64,000 nucleotides of DNA. Origin: a virus. The stretch is from positions 1 through 64,000 of IMG/VR virus record IMGVR_UViG_3300022751_000018; one strand, given 5' to 3'. Position numbers and translations under genes: made by a program. Shown in pieces: positions 57,710-64,000 of this stretch (position 1 is the stretch's first letter; the number at the start of each line of letters is the position of its first letter). The notes beneath the pieces were generated by a model. That model was not told the DNA's origin and made no database searches. It was given only the letters and a program-made list of their open reading frames with translations.

Positions 57710-59136
57710 GACGAAACAACCTGCACAAGATTAATATTTGTGTAAGCTTGCTGCCAAATACTCATTGGAACTTCAGTGCCTTGATAAACAAGCGCTTTTG
57801 TGGAAGTTAAAACATTGTTAACAATAGTCTCGGTTGCATTGGCGCTGATAGTTATTTGATTCGGCGTAGCGGTACTTATAATCGTTACACCGTCAGGTAT
57901 TCCTTCCCCAGAAATAACCTGCCCACTGGCCAATCCTGTTGTACTAGGGATTCCAACTATAATAGGCGATCCTGTGGAGATATCACCCTGAAATGACATG
58001 CCTTGTACTGCCACTTCAACTTGCTTAACAAATACGCCTTGCACGAAATACATTACCGCTCCAGCAATCTCATAAGGAGAAACTGAAGCGCCAACGACAA
58101 AACCTGGCTGATTGGGCATCTCGCCGTTAGCGTAAGAAACTACCGCCTGCTTAACATTATCAATAACATCGACAACAGTTGCATAAGTTCCTATGGTAAT
58201 TCGAACATTAATCGTGATTTGAGAGGGCCTATCAAACAATACAGTAATAGGTTGTAAACTATAGGGATCAGTAATTACAACGCTCTCTTGAATGCCATAG
58301 CCATTATTATAAGCGCATCCAAAGTTTTTAATGGAAGTCAGACCCTCTCCAATCTCTTGATTCGTTGCTGAGCCAGCGACGCAGGCATACAATGAATTTT
58401 TTACCATTGTTACGCCTTGAATAACCATAGTAGTAGAATAATAATTCTCAATTAACTTTAAGCTAGTTACCCCTGGAATTAATAAAAGCCCAGAAATTAA
58501 TGCCTTTGCTGATCCAGAAGAGTTTGCAGCAACAGTCTGTTTTCTTAAATTCTTTTTCTGAGCGTCAGATAAAGAAAGCTGCCCAGGTGTTCCAGCCTGA
58601 GGATTAGTCACAGTTTCCCATGCGTCATAGTTGCTCAGTATTTGAGTTAATGCGCCAACATTACATGATATAGGTCCGTTTTCGGTGCATTTAAATATTG
58701 CATTCGTAATCGTTCCGCTATCGGGAATAATTAGCTGTTCAGTATTATAAAATATAGCGTTATTTTGTGTGTTTTGAACCTGAGACCCAATTTCAATGAC
58801 AGCTCCAGGAGCGCCTGTAACAACGACATTTAATACGGTCGTTGGATATCCGGCAATAGAATATGAGCCAAGAAGAGCCATTAGCGCATCAAGAAAAACA
58901 CCTCCAGCCTGATTAGGATTTATTTGATTGGCTAATTGAGCATTATTATCAGCCACTGCAATTCTTGCCGAAGTCTCGGCATTAATTAAAATAGCCTGAG
59001 CGGTTGGGGTTGTGCTATCGACAACAAGATCGCTTCCAAACTCATCTAAATATTCATCGGTTACTTCTTCACGAATTACACCTGCATCAGGAACAATCAC
59101 GCCATCTTCTGTTATGTAATCATAGACATTAGCCAT
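57706..59136 (-). CDS. baseplate J-like protein (gpJ / gp47 family)
   Basis: 476 aa. Position after the gpW-like gene, and overlapping starts. Confidence 0.5.
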   Translation of the reverse strand: MANVYDYITEDGVIVPDAGVIREEVTDEYLDEFGSDLVVDSTTPTAQAILINAETSARIAVADNNAQLANQINPNQAGGVFLDALMALLGSYSIAGYPTTVLNVVVTGAPGAVIEIGSQVQNTQNNAIFYNTEQLIIPDSGTITNAIFKCTENGPISCNVGALTQILSNYDAWETVTNPQAGTPGQLSLSDAQKKNLRKQTVAANSSGSAKALISGLLLIPGVTSLKLIENYYSTTMVIQGVTMVKNSLYACVAGSATNQEIGEGLTSIKNFGCAYNNGYGIQESVVITDPYSLQPITVLFDRPSQITINVRITIGTYATVVDVIDNVKQAVVSYANGEMPNQPGFVVGASVSPYEIAGAVMYFVQGVFVKQVEVAVQGMSFQGDISTGSPIIVGIPSTTGLASGQVISGEGIPDGVTIISTATPNQITISANATETIVNNVLTSTKALVYQGTEVPMSIWQQAYTNINLVQVVSS

Positions 59137-59539
59137 TTAAACTCTCATTTCTTAATAGTTCATCAGCAATAGCTGAGGTCCCATAGATTGTAGTAATAGT
59201 CACTGAATAACTAAACACATTTTTTACATAATTTGTCGTTAAATCGCTGACATTTGTCACTAAACCACCCCCACCTACTGATAAGAATGACTTTCGAAGA
59301 GATGCTGAAAACGTTTGTAAATCAACAACCCCATTCCATAAAGATTCAAAATAAGGGTTTCCTGCATTGGTATTAAATATCAATTCACCAAGAATAGTAC
59401 GCGCGGCTTGAGCGCAGGCTTGCAATATAGCGTCTTGATCATAAGCCATTGCGATATTGCCGTTTTTATCCAAATAGAGGTCATAAGGGGCTACTCCTTC
59501 TATATCATTGTTCGTGTTGGTCGCTAAGGTTTTTGCCAT
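59129..59539 (-). CDS. baseplate wedge protein gpW / gp25-like
   Basis: 136 aa with a gpW-like core (DKNGNIAMAYDQDAILQACAQAARTILGELIFNTNAGNPY). Confidence 0.55.
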   Translation of the reverse strand: MAKTLATNTNNDIEGVAPYDLYLDKNGNIAMAYDQDAILQACAQAARTILGELIFNTNAGNPYFESLWNGVVDLQTFSASLRKSFLSVGGGGLVTNVSDLTTNYVKNVFSYSVTITTIYGTSAIADELLRNESLNG

Positions 59540-59559
59540 TTTATTTCCTTTTTAAATTA

Positions 59560-60210
59560 TTATGGTGGAGGAGGTACATCCGGCGTTATTGATCCTTCAG
59601 CTTGAATATTGCCTTTAACGTAAAGGTTTCCGCCTTCGGGATTAATAAAGTTAATAGTAGATTCTGTTTGACCTTCAATAATGACTTCAGGCGCAGATAT
59701 TTTTATTCTTTCATCGCTTAATGAAAATTTAACAGAGCCACTAAGATTCTGGATAACCAAAGAATCGTCATCTTCAGAAGATATTGTATAGCCTCGAATT
59801 ACTGTTGGAATAAAAACACTACTTGTATAATCTTTTATCGTGTAGACCGGAGGGCTGGCTGCCTTCAATGACTTTAAAAACGCAGATATATTTCTGTCCA
59901 TGGCAACTACGTAGCCAAGATCACCTGCTTTAAGAGCGAAATTCATCACGAAATTACCACCACCCATAGTCATAACGGGAATATTAGGCAATTGCTTTCC
60001 TGGAATTATTTCACCGCTTGTACCGACTTTATTGATCATAACCTGGATTTGAGCGGTATTGCTTTCCCTATCATAAGCCAACACCTTTCCGGGTAATACG
60101 CCATCGCATTTTTTCATGAAGTACATAAATGACTGCTGTAAAATACCAGTAAGATCATCGTCATTTGCGGGGTTCCTATAGGGAAAATTTTTATTAAATT
60201 CTGCTGACAT
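59560..60210 (-). CDS. baseplate spike / assembly protein V-like
   Basis: 216 aa upstream of gpW. Pro-rich C-terminal tip (DVPPPP). Confidence 0.4.
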   Translation of the reverse strand: MSAEFNKNFPYRNPANDDDLTGILQQSFMYFMKKCDGVLPGKVLAYDRESNTAQIQVMINKVGTSGEIIPGKQLPNIPVMTMGGGNFVMNFALKAGDLGYVVAMDRNISAFLKSLKAASPPVYTIKDYTSSVFIPTVIRGYTISSEDDDSLVIQNLSGSVKFSLSDERIKISAPEVIIEGQTESTINFINPEGGNLYVKGNIQAEGSITPDVPPPP

Positions 60211-61049
60211 TATTTGTAACTCGCTCTTTTGCAGTCTGCAATATAGTAAAAAGGATTTTCACGCGTTGTTAATTGGAATCCAAGCCTATAAATAACATAC
60301 TCGCCATTGAGCTCAGGATATTGTACGGTCGTCAATACAATGCCAGCGCCCAGTTTTACCTTGGGATCAAATAAAAACTTAATTTTAACACCTTCCTCGG
60401 TAAGCTGAGGTATGCCAATCATTCCGGTATCTTTATTAATTTGCGTTATAACCTGACCTCTTGTTTGAACCAGGCCGTCCTTAACATACAAAACCCCATC
60501 GTCAATAAAGGCATCAATACCACCAAAATTGTTCATAGCATAAACTTGGTCAAGCGCTGGTCCACTAAAAGAATAGCCGGGTAAATTCCTATTTTCTGCG
60601 TCAAATTTTAAAACAACTGCATTGTCATTAGCAATTTGTTGAGCAATAACCTTAAGAGATACCGTTCCGCCCATGCTTCTATTGACCAGGTTACCTAAAG
60701 CATAATTACCTGTTAAGCATTTTAATGATACGCCAATATCTGGTGGATCAGAGCACGTTCCCTCAACTACATTTCCCTCATAAACAACCGAGGTTCCATA
60801 TTTTTCTCTTCCTGCTTCAACGCGCACACTTTTCGGAAGATAATTTTTATTAAACGGAGTAACTCCAGTTAAAATATAGTTCTGAACACTAGCGCTTAAA
60901 TTTTCAATGATAATTTCGGCCTCATTCTGCAATGAGTTTGCGTAGTTTGTGCCTGCTACAGTAATTGCTAAAGGCTCCTCAAATACTAAGATATCTGTTC
61001 CAAGGTCAATCGTAACTTTAATTTTTCTTAAATCAAAACCGCTAGCCAC
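60210..61049 (-). CDS. baseplate hub / tail protein (gpD-like position)
   Basis: 279 aa in a conserved position between the tape measure-proximal genes and gpV. Confidence 0.35.
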   Translation of the reverse strand: MASGFDLRKIKVTIDLGTDILVFEEPLAITVAGTNYANSLQNEAEIIIENLSASVQNYILTGVTPFNKNYLPKSVRVEAGREKYGTSVVYEGNVVEGTCSDPPDIGVSLKCLTGNYALGNLVNRSMGGTVSLKVIAQQIANDNAVVLKFDAENRNLPGYSFSGPALDQVYAMNNFGGIDAFIDDGVLYVKDGLVQTRGQVITQINKDTGMIGIPQLTEEGVKIKFLFDPKVKLGAGIVLTTVQYPELNGEYVIYRLGFQLTTRENPFYYIADCKRASYK

Positions 61050-61395
61050 TAAATGATGCCTCCATCTCCGCTTGAGACATGTAAACTAAAAACTGATTGA
61101 CTCCAAACAAGCGCCAATTAGGGTATTGATCATTTTCTGTAACAATAACAAAATTGCCATCACATAAATTCAAAAAAGGAATTAATGGGCATCCAGTACA
61201 CGCCCGAACGCCCTGAATAATCATCTCATTGTTTCTAATGATGTCTACCGCCATTATATCGGTGCCAAGCGATGCATTATATCGAGTATCATGAATGCGA
61301 ATTTCATAAGTATTATCATCAAGAATAGTATTTATTTCTTGGTTAGCGATTCTTTGAAGTGCGATTACTTGCATATTATGCCACCTTTGGAGCAA
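61042..61395 (-). CDS. hypothetical tail protein
   Basis: 117-aa ORF. Confidence 0.3.
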   Translation of the reverse strand: MLQRWHNMQVIALQRIANQEINTILDDNTYEIRIHDTRYNASLGTDIMAVDIIRNNEMIIQGVRACTGCPLIPFLNLCDGNFVIVTENDQYPNWRLFGVNQFLVYMSQAEMEASFSG

Positions 61396-61939
61396 GCGTG
61401 CTTACTGACGCTGTAGCTTTAGTTATCTGATCATCATTAGCAGGAGTTCCTTGTTTAATGCCAGTTGGCACTGTATTAGAGTTAGCAGGATTTTTAGGTG
61501 TAATTCCATATTTTGGCTGAGTAAATAGTGCTTGCTGAAATGTTATCTGAATATCAATTCCTGAATAATTATCAGCATATTGCTTGGTCGGCAAAGCAGT
61601 TATATACATGTCTGTATAGGAGTTTACTTTCGACTGAACTATAAGCTTTGTCTTATCATAAAAAGCATCGTAAATTTTAAAATAAACAGATTGATAATCA
61701 ATATTTACTAATTTGCAGCTAAGCTTTATTTCTAATGGCTGAATGACGTCATGATCTGCAATTATTGAGCCATCCTCAACGGGATGATACATTATTCTGC
61801 TGTGTAAATTATCTTGAAAATCCAATATTCCTAATGTATTAATAATAGGGTTAAAATCAGAATCACAAACTCTAACTTGATTTTGCCTAGGGCGTCTTCC
61901 GCCTATAATTTCATTAGCTAAGTCAGTTATACCAGCCAT
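61376..61939 (-). CDS. hypothetical tail protein
   Basis: 187-aa ORF. Confidence 0.3.
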   Translation of the reverse strand: MAGITDLANEIIGGRRPRQNQVRVCDSDFNPIINTLGILDFQDNLHSRIMYHPVEDGSIIADHDVIQPLEIKLSCKLVNIDYQSVYFKIYDAFYDKTKLIVQSKVNSYTDMYITALPTKQYADNYSGIDIQITFQQALFTQPKYGITPKNPANSNTVPTGIKQGTPANDDQITKATASVSTLAPKVA

Positions 61940-63255
61940 TATATTACCTCTCCAGATCTAAAAGTATGCGTTGACTTCCATAATTGACTCATAAATCTTT
62001 TATCTATTAAATCTGAAAACATCTTTTGCGCATCAGGAGCTTGAGTGACTACGGTAACATTATTCATTCTAAAACTTTGATCATTATTCATTTGAGTTTG
62101 ATTGCTATTATTTGCTATTGCGCCGGAAGTTTGGCTGTTTACTGGGCTATTTGAATATTTATATAAATCTAATGATGATCCATTATATAAATCAACTTTA
62201 TCATCATTATTGTCAAATAATCCTAGCAACCTTGATAGTGGAGATTTTTTATCTAAATCTATATCCCCAGAAATCATATCGTCGGCAGTATATTTTCCTC
62301 CAATCGCATTTTTACTAGCCAAGCTAATAGCATCTACAGATCCCTTTCTCTTATTTTCAAAAGCATTAAATTTTTCAAAAAGTGGCATCAACTTTTCCAT
62401 TGAAACAACAATCAGCGCTACTGAAGCAGCTATTCCAACAAATTCTATATTGGCTAGAACTAATGCGGCGCTTAAACCAGTAAATCCTGCCGCAATTAAC
62501 AATAAGGCAGCTTTTGTTTGCTCGGGATGCTTTCTGAGCTCTATGAGCCCCTCTGTTATGCCTTTTAAGAAAGTATTTATTGTAGGGGCTAGCTCTATCA
62601 TAGCTAATAAAAAATTATTTTTAAGCGTATTGCTAGTATCTAGCAAATTATCGTTAAGCTCTTTTAATTTAAGTGCCTCTTCATGGGTAGCCACTCCCAA
62701 TTCTTTTTGATGATCAAGTAATTTTTTAAGAGCGGGGCCTCCTATAGTTAACATTTGAGCAAAAGAATCTGTAAAAGTATATTGCTCTGCAATAGTATCC
62801 TTTTGTTTTTGATTGTAGTGAGAAAATGTATTGGCCAACTGGCTTAATTCAACATCAGTTATTAATTCTGGGGTGGTTCCAAAATATTTGGCAACTCCTT
62901 TGATATTTTGTGCCGCCTCACCCTTTTTACCTCCAAAATGCTCTAATGCCTGATCATAAGCTTGAAGGGTGCTTATATTAAGGCCCATTTGATCCGCTTG
63001 ATAGGCAAGTGCGGTCGTATACTGCCTTGCACCTTCAAGACCTTTAAATAAAGCGCTTGCACTTAAGCCTGCTGCAACAAAACCAGCTACAGATTTGACT
63101 AGGTTAGTAAATGATTCGGTGAGTTTTTCAGTATAGCCATCGGCGTCTTTTAGAGAGGTTTTAAACTCATCCATAGACTTCTTGGCTTCTTTAGTTCCTT
63201 GTTTTACACCTTTAGTGTCGGTTTTGAAGGTGATGTATAGTGTTTGGAAATCCAT
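61939..63255 (-). CDS. tape measure protein (short, 438 aa)
   Basis: Helical, with a hydrophobic segment (ALLLIAAGFTGLSAALVLANIEFVGIAASVALIVV). Located downstream of two small overlapping chaperone-like ORFs and upstream of the baseplate genes. Confidence 0.5.
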   Translation of the reverse strand: MDFQTLYITFKTDTKGVKQGTKEAKKSMDEFKTSLKDADGYTEKLTESFTNLVKSVAGFVAAGLSASALFKGLEGARQYTTALAYQADQMGLNISTLQAYDQALEHFGGKKGEAAQNIKGVAKYFGTTPELITDVELSQLANTFSHYNQKQKDTIAEQYTFTDSFAQMLTIGGPALKKLLDHQKELGVATHEEALKLKELNDNLLDTSNTLKNNFLLAMIELAPTINTFLKGITEGLIELRKHPEQTKAALLLIAAGFTGLSAALVLANIEFVGIAASVALIVVSMEKLMPLFEKFNAFENKRKGSVDAISLASKNAIGGKYTADDMISGDIDLDKKSPLSRLLGLFDNNDDKVDLYNGSSLDLYKYSNSPVNSQTSGAIANNSNQTQMNNDQSFRMNNVTVVTQAPDAQKMFSDLIDKRFMSQLWKSTHTFRSGEVI

Positions 63256-63469
63256 TATCTACCTTTTTTACTTGCTTGTTCAGACGCACTATTCTCATTA
63301 TAGCGAGATGTTATCTCAATTTCCCACAATAGCATCATATCCTCCAATGAGTAAATCGTCTGAAGTTCATGAAGTGTTGCTTTTCCACCTGAAATAACCG
63401 CCCCAATAAACGGATGAATATTCCTAAAGCTCTCGGAGTAAAACGAAGAGCGGTAGTTTTCGAGAAAAT

Positions 63470-63778
63470 CTAACTCCGCCCGAGTGCTAAAAAATGTTGA
63501 TTATAAAGTATCAGTTTTTCTTGTAATTGCTGAAGATCATAAGGAGAAAGCTCATCTTCAATAAGTTCATGAGTTATTCTAATCAGCTTTGAATTATTAA
63601 CTAACCTACAATACGATAAAAGACCAAATAAAAAATCCTTAACTTGATCGTAATCTTCAGGAGGGTTTTCAATGATCTCCTGAAACTTTGGTATCAATTT
63701 AAGCGCATAGTAAGCGGGTATCATAGAAATGATGAATGATTTCTCATTAATTTTTATCTTTTTCTTATGAATCAACAT
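63470..63778 (-). CDS. tail assembly chaperone-like protein (second ORF of the pair)
   Basis: 102 aa. Overlaps the upstream ORF by 14 nt in the +1 frame. Confidence 0.35.
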   Translation of the reverse strand: MLIHKKKIKINEKSFIISMIPAYYALKLIPKFQEIIENPPEDYDQVKDFLFGLLSYCRLVNNSKLIRITHELIEDELSPYDLQQLQEKLILYNQHFLALGRS

Positions 63779-63995
63779 GCTCTTTGGCTTCCTTTGATTG
63801 CTTAGTTTTTTCGATTATTTGGAAAACAAAAGGGATAAATTTCTCAATCCAAGAAGGTAGTAAACCTTTAACTCTTTCCATTGCCTTTTTAAAGTAGGAA
63901 ATTACAATTGAGTTAGAAAACCATTCCGAATTAAAATCTAATGATTTATGCAGAATGCTCACCACTTCTTCCATAGTAAAATACTTGTCGATCAT
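63765..63995 (-). CDS. tail assembly chaperone-like protein (first ORF of the pair)
   Basis: 76 aa, immediately upstream of the tape measure region. Confidence 0.35.
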   Translation of the reverse strand: MIDKYFTMEEVVSILHKSLDFNSEWFSNSIVISYFKKAMERVKGLLPSWIEKFIPFVFQIIEKTKQSKEAKEHVDS

Positions 63996-64000
63996 TTCTT

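Noticed and set aside
62102-62710. 202-aa plus-strand ORF antisense to the tape measure gene
   Set aside because: Ser/Leu/Phe-rich low-complexity translation produced by the antisense of a helical Ala/Leu/Lys-rich tape measure protein, with no start context. Unlike the 4487..5353 case, there is no recognisable domain signature.
63751-63800. Classic -1 programmed frameshift between the two chaperone-like ORFs
   Set aside because: The second ORF is in the +1 frame and no slippery heptamer precedes the first stop, so a standard G/GT -1 shift cannot be supported from sequence.
1-64000. CRISPR arrays, integrase or attachment sites, transposases
   Set aside because: No regularly spaced direct repeats with unique spacers. 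No tyrosine or serine recombinase motifs or IS-type inverted repeats were seen. The only repeats are the iterons, the palindrome family and the gene-junction repeats described above.

Overview
The window reads as a 64-kb stretch of a large AT-rich tailed bacteriophage genome, probably a myovirus-like phage given the contractile-tail baseplate genes. It has three blocks.

Block 1 (1-9438, minus strand) is a head-morphogenesis module: large terminase, portal, MuF-like minor head protein, scaffold/protease-like protein, decoration-like protein and major capsid protein. A plus-strand HNH endonuclease sits among these genes, and the MuF-like gene carries an intein.

Block 2 (about 9.5-55.9 kb, mostly plus strand) starts with a divergent promoter region and a tRNA cluster, followed by roughly 100 small early-type genes. 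Recognisable genes in it include:
- An RtcB RNA ligase interrupted by an HNH-type intein at its catalytic Cys, and a small HAD phosphatase.
- An SPFH/band-7 membrane protein.
- Several NUMOD4/HNH_3 homing endonucleases.
- A family of DUF2829 (Tad2-like) small proteins.
- A RecT plus Cas4-like nuclease recombination module.
- A Prs-like plus NAMPT-like gene pair, matching the NARP1 NAD+ reconstitution pathway.
- A GH108 lysozyme and a VRR-NUC nuclease.

Non-coding loci in block 2 are a putative replication origin (three perfect DnaA boxes plus iterons, near 35.0 kb) and a 1.1-kb locus (36.5-37.3 kb) with two canonical tRNAs and several degenerate tRNA-like elements. A 14-bp palindrome, ATAAGCATGCTTAT, recurs after genes between 36.6 and 39.8 kb.

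A minus-strand fibre module (39.8-44.4 kb) carries two paralogous DUF285-repeat proteins, and a split TetR-like gene lies next to it (44.6-45.1 kb).

Block 3 (55.9-64.0 kb, minus strand) is a baseplate/tail module: gpI-, gpJ-, gpW- and gpV-like proteins, a tape measure protein and chaperone-like ORFs.

Overall the window shows an unusually dense set of selfish elements (two inteins, at least four free-standing HNH endonucleases) and candidate anti-defence functions (RNA repair, NAD+ reconstitution, Tad2-like proteins). It also contains a striking codon-aligned antisense ORF nested inside the head-protein intein.
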